Shown here in pieces: positions 9,869 to 20,340 of a DNA stretch of 64,000 nt. Source of the stretch: Clostridia bacterium (GTDB taxonomy: Bacteria > Bacillota > Clostridia > Oscillospirales > CAG-272). The position numbers were made by a program, and so were the translations under genes. Within the stretch, counting starts at the first letter, position 1. Each line of letters begins with the position of its first letter. The notes beneath the pieces were generated by a model, which saw only the letters and a program-made list of their open reading frames with translations, searched no databases and was not told the origin of the DNA. The DNA lies in NCBI GenBank assembly GCA_017456905.1, contig JAFTIL010000017.1:18313-82312 (forward strand). Direction: 5' to 3'.

Positions 9869-10237
9869 ATGATTCAACAGGAATCTATGATGAAGGTTGC
9901 CGACAACACCGGTGCTAAGGAGCTCCTTTGCATCCGCGTGCTGGGCGGCACCGGTCGCCGCTATGCTAACATCGGCGACGTAGTCGTGTGCGCAGTCAAG
10001 AAGGCTGCTCCCGGCGGCATGGTCAAGAAGGGCGATGTCGTAAAGGCAGTTATCGTTAGAAGCGTACACGGTGTTCACCGTGCTGACGGCTCTTATATCA
10101 AGTTCGACGAGAACGCAGCCGTCATCATCAAGGAAGATAAGACCCCCAGAGGCACCCGTATCTTTGGGCCTGTGGCAAGAGAGCTTCGTGAGAAGGATTA
10201 TCTGAAGATCCTGTCTCTGGCTCCCGAAGTACTGTAA
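9869..10237 (+). CDS. rplN: 50S ribosomal protein L14
   Basis: [20 protein letters not shown]. Confidence 0.98.
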   Translation: MIQQESMMKVADNTGAKELLCIRVLGGTGRRYANIGDVVVCAVKKAAPGGMVKKGDVVKAVIVRSVHGVHRADGSYIKFDENAAVIIKEDKTPRGTRIFGPVARELREKDYLKILSLAPEVL

Positions 10238-10253
10238 TAGGAGGTATCGCGAA

Positions 10254-10601
10254 ATGGCTATGCATATTAAGAAGGGCGATATCGTCCAGGTTATCTCCGG
10301 CAGTTCCAAGTACAAGAAGTTGCCCGACGGTACTGAGAGAGGCGTTAAGAAGGGCGAAGTTATCGCCGTGTCTCCCGAAGAGAAGAAGGTCATCGTGAAG
10401 GACGCTAACGTCATTCACAAGCACGTTAAGCCTCGCCGTCAGGGCGAGACCGGTGGCATCGTAGACGCCGAGGGCGCTATGTATGCTTCCAAGGTTGCTC
10501 TTTATTGCCCCAAGTGCGATAAGGGCGTCCGCACCCACATCGAGGTTGTCGATGGCAAGAAGGTCCGTGTCTGCGCCAAGTGCGGCCACAAGTTTGATTG
10601 A
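10254..10601 (+). CDS. rplX: 50S ribosomal protein L24 (C-terminal Zn ribbon)
   Basis: HIKKGDIVQVISG KOW motif; CPKC...CAKC. Confidence 0.95.
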   Translation: MAMHIKKGDIVQVISGSSKYKKLPDGTERGVKKGEVIAVSPEEKKVIVKDANVIHKHVKPRRQGETGGIVDAEGAMYASKVALYCPKCDKGVRTHIEVVDGKKVRVCAKCGHKFD

Positions 10602-10615
10602 GGAGGTAGATTGCA

Positions 10616-11158
10616 ATGGCAAGAATGAAAGAACTCTATACCAGCGAGATCGCTCCCTCTCTCATGACTAAGTTCGCTTACAAGAGCGTGATGCAGATCC
10701 CCAAGCTGGACAAAATCGTTATCAACGTCGGTTGCGGCGACGCTAAGGAAAATTCCAAGGTTATCGACTCCGTAATCGCTGATCTGACCCTCATCACCGG
10801 TCAGAAGGCTGTCCCCACTTACGCTCGTAAGTCCGTGGCAAACTTCAAGCTCCGTGAGGGTATGAAGATCGGTGCCAAGGTCACCCTCCGCGGCGAGATC
10901 ATGTATGAGTTTGTTGACAGACTCTTCAACTTCGCTCTGCCCCGCGTTCGTGACTTCAAGGGCATCAACCCCAACGCCTTCGACGGCCGTGGTAACTACT
11001 CCCTCGGCCTGAAGGAGCAGCTGATCTTCCCCGAAATCGAGTACGATAAGGTCGAGAAGATCCGCGGTATGGATATCTGCTTTGTGACGACCGCCAACAC
11101 CGACGAGGAAGCTCGCGAGCTTCTGAAGCTGATGGGCGCTCCCTTTGCAAAGGATTGA
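10616..11158 (+). CDS. rplE: 50S ribosomal protein L5
   Basis: [18 protein letters not shown]. Confidence 0.98.
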   Translation: MARMKELYTSEIAPSLMTKFAYKSVMQIPKLDKIVINVGCGDAKENSKVIDSVIADLTLITGQKAVPTYARKSVANFKLREGMKIGAKVTLRGEIMYEFVDRLFNFALPRVRDFKGINPNAFDGRGNYSLGLKEQLIFPEIEYDKVEKIRGMDICFVTTANTDEEARELLKLMGAPFAKD

Positions 11159-11172
11159 GGAGGTATTGAAAG

Positions 11173-11358
11173 ATGGCAAAGAAGGCTATGATCAACAAGC
11201 AGCAGGCAGAACCTAAGTTCTCTACCCGCCGCTACAACCGCTGCAAGATTTGCGGCCGTCCTCACGCATACCTCCGCAAGTACGGTATCTGCCGTATCTG
11301 CTTCCGCGAGCTCGCATACAAGGGCGAGATCCCCGGCGTGAAGAAGTCCTCTTGGTAA
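11173..11358 (+). CDS. rpsZ: 30S ribosomal protein S14, Zn-binding type Z
   Basis: 61 aa; RCKICGR...CRICFRE. Confidence 0.97.
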   Translation: MAKKAMINKQQAEPKFSTRRYNRCKICGRPHAYLRKYGICRICFRELAYKGEIPGVKKSSW

Positions 11359-11604
11359 TTCAGACTTAAATAGAATTACCCCCACACCTGTCCGATGGCG
11401 AAATGCGTCGGACGGGACCCCCACCTATCGGTAGGAAGTCGAGCCGGATATGGCAGGCTCGAGGACAAAAGGATGTCCAAGATGATCTGTCGGTGTCTGC
11501 GCTGTGCGCGGATCGCCCGGTCACACTTAACCCCCGATATGCCGCCGCCCGAAGTTAAGGGTGGCAGCAAGATAATGATAAACTTGCATCAGGAGGAAAA
11601 TAAA

Positions 11605-12003
11605 ATGCAAATGTCAGACGTTATTGCCGATATGCTCACAAGAATCAGAAATGCTAACACTGCAAAGCATGCTACTGTAGACATTCCGGCATCCAACATG
11701 AAGAAGTCCATCGCTGAGATCCTCGTTGAGGAAGGCTACATCAAGAGCTACACCGTGGTTGACGACGGTAAGCAGGGTATCATCCGTGTTACTCTGAAGT
11801 ACCTGCCCGGTAAGCAGAAGGTCATCCGTGGGATCAAGCGTATTTCCAAGCCCGGTCTGCGTATCTACGCAAGCTGCGAGGATATGCCCAAGGTTATGAA
11901 CGGTCTCGGTATCGCGATCGTTTCCACCTCTAAGGGCGTCATGACCGATAAGAAGGCTCGCTCCCTCAACGTTGGCGGCGAAGTCCTTGCTTTCGTCTGG
12001 TAA
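11605..12003 (+). CDS. rpsH: 30S ribosomal protein S8
   Basis: [21 protein letters not shown]; AGGAGG RBS before ATG 11605. Confidence 0.98.
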   Translation: MQMSDVIADMLTRIRNANTAKHATVDIPASNMKKSIAEILVEEGYIKSYTVVDDGKQGIIRVTLKYLPGKQKVIRGIKRISKPGLRIYASCEDMPKVMNGLGIAIVSTSKGVMTDKKARSLNVGGEVLAFVW

Positions 12004-12024
12004 TGAAACGGGAGGTACAAAGAT

Positions 12025-12648
12025 ATGTCAAGAATTGGTAGAATGCCCGTGGTCATCCCCGCAGGCGTAAGCATCACTATCGCTGACGGTAACGTGGTTA
12101 CCGTTAAGGGCCCTCTCGGCACCCTCGTTAAGCAGTTCTCCGAAAGAATGACCATCACCGTCGAGGGCAACCAGGCTCTGGTTACCCGTCCCACTGATGA
12201 AAAGGAAGACCGTAGCGTTCACGGCCTGACCCGTGCCCTTCTGCAGGACATGGTTACCGGTGTTTCCGAAGGCTACAAGAAGGTCCTCATGATCGTGGGT
12301 GTCGGTTACAAGGCTGCAAAGCAGGGCAAGAACCTGCTCCTGTACCTCGGTCACTCTCTCATGCCTAAGACCGGCATGCCCCAGGATAAGTTCATCATCC
12401 CCGAGACTGACACCGTTAAGCTGGAGGTTCCCTCTGAGGATGAGATCAAGAAGCAGGGTATCGACAAGATGACCACCGAGAAGGTGAGCTCCACCATGAT
12501 CATCGTGGTCAAGGGTATCGACAAGCAGGAAGTCGGCCAGATGGCAGCTGTGATCCGCAGCAAGAGACCTCCCGAGCCCTACCATGCTAAGGGCGTTCGT
12601 TATATCGACGAAACTGTCCGCCGCAAGGCCGGTAAGACCGGTAAATAA
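12025..12648 (+). CDS. rplF: 50S ribosomal protein L6 with internal insertions
   Basis: MSRIGRMP, RPPEPYHAKGVRY; 207 aa versus the usual ~178-180. Confidence 0.96.
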   Translation: MSRIGRMPVVIPAGVSITIADGNVVTVKGPLGTLVKQFSERMTITVEGNQALVTRPTDEKEDRSVHGLTRALLQDMVTGVSEGYKKVLMIVGVGYKAAKQGKNLLLYLGHSLMPKTGMPQDKFIIPETDTVKLEVPSEDEIKKQGIDKMTTEKVSSTMIIVVKGIDKQEVGQMAAVIRSKRPPEPYHAKGVRYIDETVRRKAGKTGK

Positions 12649-12667
12649 TTGAAAGGAGTGGATCAAC

Positions 12668-13027
12668 ATGGTAACGAAAAAGGATAAGAACCAAGCCCGT
12701 CTGAAGAGACATGTTCGCATCAGAAGCAAGATCTCCGGTACTGCCGAGCGTCCCCGCCTGGCCGTCTACCGTTCCAACGCTAACATCAGCGCTCAGATCA
12801 TTGACGATGTGAAGGGTGTTACTCTGGTTGCCGCTTCTACTTACGGCGCCGGTTTTGAGGGTGTTGGCAGCAACAAGGCTGCCGCAAGAGCGGTCGGTAA
12901 AATGATCGCTGAAAAGGCTATCGCACAGGGAATCACCGAAGTCGTTTTCGACAGAGGCGGCTACCTTTACCACGGACGTGTATCGGAATTGGCTGAAGGC
13001 GCTCGCGAGGGCGGCCTGAAGTTCTAA
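12668..13027 (+). CDS. rplR: 50S ribosomal protein L18
   Basis: [21 protein letters not shown]. Confidence 0.98.
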   Translation: MVTKKDKNQARLKRHVRIRSKISGTAERPRLAVYRSNANISAQIIDDVKGVTLVAASTYGAGFEGVGSNKAAARAVGKMIAEKAIAQGITEVVFDRGGYLYHGRVSELAEGAREGGLKF

Positions 13028-13098
13028 TCCCTCAGGGATTAGTCCGGTTTGTACACTGTTCAAACAATGTTTGAGCATTCAATTAGGAGGAAACAAAA

Positions 13099-13602
13099 AT
13101 GGCTAACAAGTTTAATCCGGGAGAGCTGAAGCTGAAAGAAACGCTCGTCTCCCTGAACCGTGTTTCCAAGACCGTTAAGGGTGGTCGTATCGCTCGCTTC
13201 GCCGCACTCATGGTAGTCGGTGATGAGCAGGGTCACGTTGGCGTTGGTCTTGGCAAGGCAGCAGAGGTTCCCGAGGCTATCCGCAAGGGTATCGAAGATG
13301 CCAAGAAGAATATGATCGAGGTTTCCCTGAAGGGAACCACCATCCCCCACGAGGTCACCGGTGTGTTTGGCGCAGGTAAGGTCCTGCTCAAGCCCGCAGC
13401 TCTTGGTACCGGTATTATCGCCGGTGGCAAGGTCCGTGCCGTTCTGGAGTGCGCCGGTATCTCCAACATTCGTGCAAAGTGCCTGCGTTCTGACAATCCC
13501 ACCAACGTAGTTAAGGCTACCATGGCAGGTTTGGCAGAGCTGCGCACCGCAGAGGAAGTCGCTAAGATCCGCGACATCCCTGTGGAGCAGGTCAAGGCTT
13601 AA
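13099..13602 (+). CDS. rpsE: 30S ribosomal protein S5
   Basis: [18 protein letters not shown]. Confidence 0.98.
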   Translation: MANKFNPGELKLKETLVSLNRVSKTVKGGRIARFAALMVVGDEQGHVGVGLGKAAEVPEAIRKGIEDAKKNMIEVSLKGTTIPHEVTGVFGAGKVLLKPAALGTGIIAGGKVRAVLECAGISNIRAKCLRSDNPTNVVKATMAGLAELRTAEEVAKIRDIPVEQVKA

Positions 13603-13615
13603 GGAGGCGACGGAA

Positions 13616-13795
13616 ATGAAAAAGGTAACACTTAAGAAGAGTCTGATCGCTGCAAAGCCCAATCAGAAGGCAACTGCTCAGTCCCTGGGTCTCCGTAAGA
13701 TCGGCGACAGCATCGTTCACGCTGACGACGCAGTGCTCGCCGGTAAGGTTAAGGTTCTCGCTCACCTGGTTACGGTCGAGACCGTCAACGACTAA
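13616..13795 (+). CDS. rpmD: 50S ribosomal protein L30
   Basis: Hand-translated MKKVTLKKSLIAAKPNQKATAQSLGLRKIG...; AAGGAGG RBS; between rpsE and rplO; below the ORF-track length cutoff. Confidence 0.95.
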   Translation: MKKVTLKKSLIAAKPNQKATAQSLGLRKIGDSIVHADDAVLAGKVKVLAHLVTVETVND

Positions 13796-13810
13796 AAGGA
13801 GGGTACGAGA

Positions 13811-14254
13811 ATGAAACTGAATGAATTGAGACCCGCTGAGGGTTCCAGAAAAGACTCCTACCGTAAGGGTAGAGGCCCCGGCTCCGGTAACGGTAAGACC
13901 GCCGGTAAGGGCCACAAGGGTCAGAATGCCCGTTCCGGCGGCGGTGTCCGTCCCGGCTTCGAGGGCGGCCAGCTCCCCTTGTACAGAAAGCTTCCCAAGA
14001 GAGGCTTCCACAACAAATTCGCTACTATCTATGCAATCGTCAATGTTGGTCAGCTTGAGCACAAGTATAACGACGGTGACGTTGTCACCATCGAAAATCT
14101 GTGCGAGAAGAAGCTCGTTCGCAAGCTCTGCGACGGCGTTAAGATTCTCGGCAATGGCGAGCTCACCAAGAAGTTGACTGTTCAGGCTACCGTTTTCTCG
14201 GCAGCTGCTAAGGAGAAGATTACAGCAGTAGGTGGACAGGCAGAGGAGGTATAA
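13811..14254 (+). CDS. rplO: 50S ribosomal protein L15
   Basis: [21 protein letters not shown]. Confidence 0.98.
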   Translation: MKLNELRPAEGSRKDSYRKGRGPGSGNGKTAGKGHKGQNARSGGGVRPGFEGGQLPLYRKLPKRGFHNKFATIYAIVNVGQLEHKYNDGDVVTIENLCEKKLVRKLCDGVKILGNGELTKKLTVQATVFSAAAKEKITAVGGQAEEV

Positions 14255-14256
14255 GA

Positions 14257-15612
14257 ATGTTTCAGACGTTAAAGAACGCGTGGAAAATTCCCGAGCTTAA
14301 GAGCAAGCTCCTCTTTACCCTGTTTATCATCGTGCTGTACCGTATCGGTGCCAACATTCCCATGCCTTGGGTCACTCCCGAGGTGCTTGAACAGCAGTTC
14401 AATATGAACGGCGGCAACGCTTTCACCTGGCTGAACCTTCTGTCCGGTGGTGCTCTGTCCCGTGGTACTCTGTTCGCTCTGTCCGTCTCGCCTTACATCA
14501 CTGCATCCATCGTTGTTCAGCTCTTGACCATCGCGTTCAAGACCCTGGCCGAGTGGCAGAAAGATGGCGAGCGCGGCCGCAAGAAGCTCTCCACTCTGAC
14601 CCGCAGTATCACCGTGGCTCTGGCACTGGTCACCAGTATTGGTTACTCCATGTTCCTCAGCACCTACGGTATGCTGACTTACACCAGCGCCGACGGTTTC
14701 TCCTTCTGGCTCCAGATGATCACCCTGGTGGTCTGCTTCTGCGCAGGCGCATCCCTGATCATGTGGCTGGCTGAGAGAATCAATGAGTATGGTATCGGTA
14801 ACGGTATCTCCATCATCCTGTTCGCTAACATCATCACTCGTCTGCCCGCTATGTGCGGCAGCCTCTACAGCCGTTGCTTCGTCAGCCGTTGGGACGTGTT
14901 CGCCAAGGTTGAGAACTGGCAGGTTCCCCAGTACATCATTGGTGCTGTACTGTGCCTCCTGTTCGTTGCAGTTCTGCTGCTCTTCACCGTCCTGGTGGTC
15001 TGGTTCTCCAACTCCGAGCGCCGCATTCCCGTGCAGTACGCTAAGCGCGTTGTCGGCCGTAAGATGTATGGCGGTCAGTCCTCTAACCTGCCCCTGAAGC
15101 TGGATATGACCGGCGTTATGCCCATCATCTTCTCCAGCTCCATCGTCAGCATTCTGCCCACCGTTGCGGGCTTCATTCCCAATACGGCCTTCGGTAAGTT
15201 TGTTAACAACTATCTGGGCATGAACAGCTTCCCCTATCTTGCAATCTATCTGATCCTTGTGGTTGCATTCGCTTACTTCTACGTCATGATTTCCTTCAAC
15301 CCTGTAGAAGTGGCTAACAACCTGCAGAGCAACGGCGGTGCCGTTCCCGGCATCCGTCCCGGCAGACCTACCGTTGAGTATATCACTAAGATCCTCAATA
15401 GAATCACCCTGCTGGGCGCGCTCTTCCTCTGCGTGCTGTCCGGTGTACCCATGATCATCAATGCGGTCTGGTATGCCATCGACGGTGTCGGCCTTGCCGA
15501 CCTGGCCTTCTCCGGCTCCTCCCTCCTCATCGTGGTTGGTGTCGCTCTGGAGACCTACCGTCAGCTTGAGGCTCAGATGACCCTGCGTAACTACAAGGGC
15601 TTCCTTGATTGA
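14257..15612 (+). CDS. secY: preprotein translocase SecY
   Basis: PYITASIVVQLL, GIGNGISIILF, PGIRPG. Confidence 0.98.
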   Translation: MFQTLKNAWKIPELKSKLLFTLFIIVLYRIGANIPMPWVTPEVLEQQFNMNGGNAFTWLNLLSGGALSRGTLFALSVSPYITASIVVQLLTIAFKTLAEWQKDGERGRKKLSTLTRSITVALALVTSIGYSMFLSTYGMLTYTSADGFSFWLQMITLVVCFCAGASLIMWLAERINEYGIGNGISIILFANIITRLPAMCGSLYSRCFVSRWDVFAKVENWQVPQYIIGAVLCLLFVAVLLLFTVLVVWFSNSERRIPVQYAKRVVGRKMYGGQSSNLPLKLDMTGVMPIIFSSSIVSILPTVAGFIPNTAFGKFVNNYLGMNSFPYLAIYLILVVAFAYFYVMISFNPVEVANNLQSNGGAVPGIRPGRPTVEYITKILNRITLLGALFLCVLSGVPMIINAVWYAIDGVGLADLAFSGSSLLIVVGVALETYRQLEAQMTLRNYKGFLD

Positions 15613-15696
15613 TGCGCGGACGCAAGATTTCTATGAAAAAACCTTATATGAAGCAACTCAATCCCCTTTTCCATTGATCAGAGGAGGAATAACGAC

Positions 15697-16341
15697 ATGA
15701 AACTCATTTTATTGGGCGCTCCCGGCGCAGGTAAAGGTACTCAGGCGGCTAACATCACCGCTAAGTACAACATCCCCGTTGTGGCTACCGGAGATATCCT
15801 CCGCGCAGCCAAGAGCGAAGGCACCGAGCTTGGCCTTTTGGCCAAGAGCTATATGGATGCCGGTAAGCTGGTTCCCGATGAGGTCATCATTGGTCTCATC
15901 AAGGAGAAGCTGGCAAGCGACTCCTGCAAGAACGGCTATATTCTCGATGGTTTCCCCAGAACCATTCCTCAGGCCGAGGCGCTTGACGCCATGGGCGCTG
16001 AGGTGGACGCAGTCCTGTCTCTGGAGGTCGCCGACGAGAAGATCATCGAACGTATGAGCGGACGCAGAGTTTGCAAGTGCGGCGCATCCTATCATGTGGT
16101 TTACCTTCCTTCCAAGGTGGACGGCGTGTGCGATAAGTGCGGCGATGCTCTCTATATCAGAGACGACGACGCAGAAGCCACCGTTCGCAAGAGACTGGAA
16201 ACCTTCCACGCACAGACCGAACCCCTGAAGGACTACTACGGTGCCAAGGGTCTCCTTGTCACGGTTCAAGGTCGTGAAGAGGTCGAAGACACCACCGCTG
16301 CTGTTCTGGCAGCCCTGGAAGGCGTCGAGTGCGGGAAATAA
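15697..16341 (+). CDS. adk: adenylate kinase
   Basis: [17 protein letters not shown], Cys-containing LID. Confidence 0.98.
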   Translation: MKLILLGAPGAGKGTQAANITAKYNIPVVATGDILRAAKSEGTELGLLAKSYMDAGKLVPDEVIIGLIKEKLASDSCKNGYILDGFPRTIPQAEALDAMGAEVDAVLSLEVADEKIIERMSGRRVCKCGASYHVVYLPSKVDGVCDKCGDALYIRDDDAEATVRKRLETFHAQTEPLKDYYGAKGLLVTVQGREEVEDTTAAVLAALEGVECGK

Positions 16342-16363
16342 CTTCCTCTGAGGTATCCTGCTT

Positions 16364-17125
16364 ATGATACAACTTAAAAACGGTGATCAGATCAGGATCA
16401 TGAAAGAAGCCGGACGAATCACGGGCGAGGCTTTGCTCGTCGCCCGTGACCACGTTCGCCCCGGTATCAGTACCTATGAGCTGGATCGCTTGGTGCGTGA
16501 ACACATTGAGAAGTCAGGCGCAATACCTTCCTTCCTTGGCTATGGCGGATTTCCCGCCAGCGCGTGTATCAGCATCAACGATGAGGTCATCCACGGCATC
16601 CCTTCCAAGAAAAGATTTCTTGAAGAAGGGGATATCGTGAAGATCGACGTGGGTGCCTTCTACAGAGGCTTCCACGGTGACAGCGCACGGACGATCCCTG
16701 TGGGAAGGGTCAGCGATGAAGCACAGAAGCTCATCCAAGTGACCCGTGACAGCTTCTACGCAGGCCTTGCCATGCTACAGATCGGCAATCGGCTGGGTGA
16801 TCTTGGCCATGCCATCGATCAGTTGGTGGTCAGCAACGGCTATTCCACCGTTAAGCGCTATATCGGACACGGTGTGGGGCAGATGCTCCACGAGTCTCCC
16901 GACGTGCCGAACTACGGCACCCCCGGCAGAGGCACACGCCTTTGCATGGGTATGACCCTGGCCATTGAGCCCATGGTCAACGTGGGCGGCGAGGCAGTCC
17001 GAGAGCTTTCCGACGGCTGGACGGTCAAGACCGCAGACGGCTCGCTGTCTGCACACTACGAAAATTCTGTAGCGCTGACACAGGACGGCGTGATCAATCT
17101 GACCTGCATCGACCCCGATTTTTGA
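16364..17125 (+). CDS. map: methionine aminopeptidase type I
   Basis: HGIPS, GHGVG, AIEPM, SAHYE. Confidence 0.97.
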   Translation: MIQLKNGDQIRIMKEAGRITGEALLVARDHVRPGISTYELDRLVREHIEKSGAIPSFLGYGGFPASACISINDEVIHGIPSKKRFLEEGDIVKIDVGAFYRGFHGDSARTIPVGRVSDEAQKLIQVTRDSFYAGLAMLQIGNRLGDLGHAIDQLVVSNGYSTVKRYIGHGVGQMLHESPDVPNYGTPGRGTRLCMGMTLAIEPMVNVGGEAVRELSDGWTVKTADGSLSAHYENSVALTQDGVINLTCIDPDF

Positions 17126-17175
17126 TGGGCGATGCACCGAAACAATGAAAAAATCAATCAAAGGGAGGGATTCTT

Positions 17176-17394
17176 CTGTCTAAGGACGATGTTATTGAGT
17201 TTGAAGGTGTGGTAGAAGAGGCACTGCCCAACGCCACCTTCAAGGTGAGACTTCCCAACGGCCACGTGGTGACCGCTCACATCTCTGGGAAGCTCCGTAT
17301 GAATTATATCCGTATTTTGCCGGGCGACCACGTAACCATCGAGGTGTCTGTTTACGACCTCGATAAGGGCCGCATCACCTGGCGTTCCAAGTGA
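17176..17394 (+). CDS. infA: translation initiation factor IF-1 (CTG start)
   Basis: (M)[19 protein letters not shown]...HISGKLR; GGGAGG RBS then in-frame CTG gives the canonical 72 aa. Confidence 0.95.
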   Translation: MSKDDVIEFEGVVEEALPNATFKVRLPNGHVVTAHISGKLRMNYIRILPGDHVTIEVSVYDLDKGRITWRSK

Positions 17395-17437
17395 TACGAT
17401 AAAAACCTAATTCTCAAGAAAGGTATGGTAATCACAA

Positions 17438-17551
17438 ATGAAAGTGAAGCCGTCCGTTAAGAAGATCTGCGAAAAGTGCAAGATCATCAAGAGAAAAGGC
17501 AAGGTCATGGTCATCTGCGAGAACCCCAAGCACAAGCAGAGACAGGGCTAA
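17438..17551 (+). CDS. rpmJ: 50S ribosomal protein L36
   Basis: Hand-translated [37 protein letters not shown]. Confidence 0.98.
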   Translation: MKVKPSVKKICEKCKIIKRKGKVMVICENPKHKQRQG

Positions 17552-17675
17552 TTGCTGATTCTGATTAAATAAGACCGCTGAAAACCACGGCTCGGACGTC
17601 GCAGGTTTCAGCCATCCGCTCCAAAAGGAGCCGCTCCTAAGAGAGCAACAAAATCACACAGAGAGGTGTAAAGAA

Positions 17676-18044
17676 ATGGCTCGTATAGCTGGTGTTGATA
17701 TTCCCAACAACAAGCGCGTTGAGATCGCTTTGACCTACATCTACGGAATCGGCCGCAAGAGCGCTAACGACATCCTCGCTGCTACCGGTATCAATCCCGA
17801 TACCCGTGCAAAGGATCTGTCCGAGGACGAGATTGCTAAGCTCCGTGATGAGATCGAAAACTCTTATAACGTGGAAGGTGACCTTCGCCGTGAGGTTTCT
17901 CTGAACATCAAGAACCTGGTTGAGATCAACTGCTACCGCGGTATCCGTCACAGAAAGGGTCTGCCTGTGAGAGGTCAGCGCACCAAGACCAACGCAAGAA
18001 CCCGCAAGGGTCCTGCAAAGACCATCGCAAACAAGAAGAAGTAA
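17676..18044 (+). CDS. rpsM: 30S ribosomal protein S13
   Basis: [24 protein letters not shown]. Confidence 0.98.
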   Translation: MARIAGVDIPNNKRVEIALTYIYGIGRKSANDILAATGINPDTRAKDLSEDEIAKLRDEIENSYNVEGDLRREVSLNIKNLVEINCYRGIRHRKGLPVRGQRTKTNARTRKGPAKTIANKKK

Positions 18045-18060
18045 AGGAGTGGCATGAACA

Positions 18061-18462
18061 ATGGCAAAGAATGATAAAGCCTCCAGAGGCATCAAGAAGC
18101 GCCGCGAGAGAAAAAATATCGAAAAGGGCGCAGTTCATATCCAGTCTACCTTCAATAACACGATCGTTACCATCACCGATGTGAACGGCAACGCTATTTC
18201 CTGGGCTTCTGCCGGTGAGCTCGGCTTCAAGGGCTCCCGTAAGTCCACCCCCTTCGCTGCTCAGTCCGCTTCCGAGACCGCTGCTAAGATCGCAGTTGAT
18301 CACGGCCTGAAGAGCGTTGAGGTGTACGTGAAGGGCCCCGGCTCGGGACGTGAGTCCGCAATCCGTGCACTGGAGACTGTTGGTCTGCAGATCACTCTGA
18401 TCCGCGACGTGACCCCCATTCCCCACAACGGCTGCAGACCCCCCAAGCGCAGACGTGTTTAA
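18061..18462 (+). CDS. rpsK: 30S ribosomal protein S11
   Basis: [19 protein letters not shown]. Confidence 0.98.
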   Translation: MAKNDKASRGIKKRRERKNIEKGAVHIQSTFNNTIVTITDVNGNAISWASAGELGFKGSRKSTPFAAQSASETAAKIAVDHGLKSVEVYVKGPGSGRESAIRALETVGLQITLIRDVTPIPHNGCRPPKRRRV

Positions 18463-18481
18463 TTCATAGGAGGATAGAAAC

Positions 18482-19108
18482 ATGGCAAGATATACAGGAC
18501 CTGCGTGCAAACTGTGCCGCAGAGAAGGTAAGAAGCTGTACCTCAAGGGCGATCGCTGCATCAGCGGCAAGTGCGCACTTGAGCGCAGAACGTCTCGTCC
18601 CGGTCAGCATGGTGCTGATGTCAAGAAGATGAGAGAATATGGTATGCAGCTCAGAGAGAAGCAGACCACCAAGAGATACTACGGTGTTCTCGAGAAGCAG
18701 TTCAGAAACCTCTATGAGGAGGCTGCCCGCAAGGAGGGTATGACCGGTGAGAACCTGCTGATCCTGCTCGAGAGAAGACTTGACAACGTCGTTTACCGCA
18801 TGGGTATGGCCGAGTGCCGCCGTGATGCCCGTCAGCTCGTTCTGCACGGTCACTTCACTGTTAACGGCAAGAAGGTCAACATTCCTTCCTTCGTCGTGAA
18901 GCCCGGTGACGTGATCTCCGTTAAGGAGTCCAGCCGCGCATCCGTGAAGTTCAAGGGCCTGGCAGAGTCCGAGGGCGGCGCAAGAGTGCCCAAGTGGCTG
19001 GAGTCCGACAAGGCTAACTTCACCGCTAAGGTGATCGCTATGCCCGCTCGTGAGGATATCGACTTCGAATTCAACGAGCAGCTGATCGTCGAGCTCTATT
19101 CCAAGTAA
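18482..19108 (+). CDS. rpsD: 30S ribosomal protein S4 (Zn type)
   Basis: [27 protein letters not shown]. Confidence 0.98.
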   Translation: MARYTGPACKLCRREGKKLYLKGDRCISGKCALERRTSRPGQHGADVKKMREYGMQLREKQTTKRYYGVLEKQFRNLYEEAARKEGMTGENLLILLERRLDNVVYRMGMAECRRDARQLVLHGHFTVNGKKVNIPSFVVKPGDVISVKESSRASVKFKGLAESEGGARVPKWLESDKANFTAKVIAMPAREDIDFEFNEQLIVELYSK

Positions 19109-19255
19109 TACCCAAAGGATTCATGTGGGTACTGCTTGGGATAGATCCAAGACCAGCACCCCCGAGCGCCTTCGGGCACCGCTGTGGATCCCAAGATGGA
19201 TACACGGCATCGGAAACTTGTTTTCCCCAAATAGCAGAAGGAGGTTTTATTTGGA

Positions 19256-20230
19256 ATGATCGAGATTGAAAAGCCTAATATCACGACTGCGAACCTCAGC
19301 AATGACGGTACCTGCGGTACCTTTATCGTAGAGCCCTTGGAAAGAGGCTACGGTATTACCCTCGGTAACTCTCTGCGCCGCGTTTTGATGAGCTCTCTGC
19401 CCGGTGTGGCTGTGACCTCCATCAAGATCGACAACGTGCAGCACGAGTTCTCTACTGTTCCCGGTATCCTTGAGGATGTTACCGAGATCGTACTGAACGT
19501 GAAGGGTATCACCGCTAAGCTGATGACCCCCGGCCCTAAGACGGTCACCATTGACGTTACCGGTGATCATGAGATCACTGCCGGCGACATCAAGCAGGAC
19601 GCTGACATCGTTATTCTCAACCCTGACCACCACATCGCCACCCTGTCTGGCAACGATCGCTTCTACATGGAGCTGACCTTTGACAACGGCCGCGGCTACG
19701 TGTCTCAGGAGAGAAACAAGCAGATCCATAACGAACAGCCCGGGATGACCACATCCGCTCCCATCGGCACCATCTTCACCGACTCTATCTATACCCCCGT
19801 GTATAAGGTAAGCTACGATGTGGAGAACACCCGTGTGGGCAACATCACGGACTACGATAAGCTGACCTTGGATGTGGTGACCAACGGTACCATTTCCGCA
19901 AAGGAAGCGATTTCTCTTGCAGCCAAGATTCTCAACGAGCATCTCAACTTGTTTGTGGATTTGTCTGATGAAGCAAAGAAGGCTGAAATCATGATTGAGA
20001 GAGAAGAGACCAAGAAAGAAAAGGTTCTTGAGATGACCATTGAGGAGCTTGACATGTCTGTCCGCAGCTTCAACTGTTTGAAGCGCGCAGGCATTGATAC
20101 TGTCGAGGATCTGACCAACAAGACCGAGGAAGAGATGATCAAGGTTCGCAACCTCGGTAAGAAATCGCTGGAAGAAGTTATCCAGAAGCTGCACTCCCTC
20201 GGCCTTGATCTGAAGAAGGTCGAAGAGTAA
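19256..20230 (+). CDS. rpoA: RNA polymerase alpha subunit
   Basis: [29 protein letters not shown]. Confidence 0.98.
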   Translation: MIEIEKPNITTANLSNDGTCGTFIVEPLERGYGITLGNSLRRVLMSSLPGVAVTSIKIDNVQHEFSTVPGILEDVTEIVLNVKGITAKLMTPGPKTVTIDVTGDHEITAGDIKQDADIVILNPDHHIATLSGNDRFYMELTFDNGRGYVSQERNKQIHNEQPGMTTSAPIGTIFTDSIYTPVYKVSYDVENTRVGNITDYDKLTLDVVTNGTISAKEAISLAAKILNEHLNLFVDLSDEAKKAEIMIEREETKKEKVLEMTIEELDMSVRSFNCLKRAGIDTVEDLTNKTEEEMIKVRNLGKKSLEEVIQKLHSLGLDLKKVEE

Positions 20231-20340
20231 GCACATCGTTGCGAGACGCAACTTAGCATTAACGTTTTCGGTCTGCGGGGACGGGAAAGTCCCCGAGGCC
20301 ATGCATAAAACAGCTACACAAACAACAGCAGAAGGAGGCA

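Noticed and set aside
11395-11604. N-terminal extension of S8 in the ORF track (likewise the extended starts for S10, L3, SDR, GH2 and NtpF)
   Set aside because: RBS position and homology place the true starts downstream
17126-17175. KOW-domain (L14e-like) gene often found between map and infA
   Set aside because: Only about 50 nt of spacer; the gene is simply absent, which is a common loss
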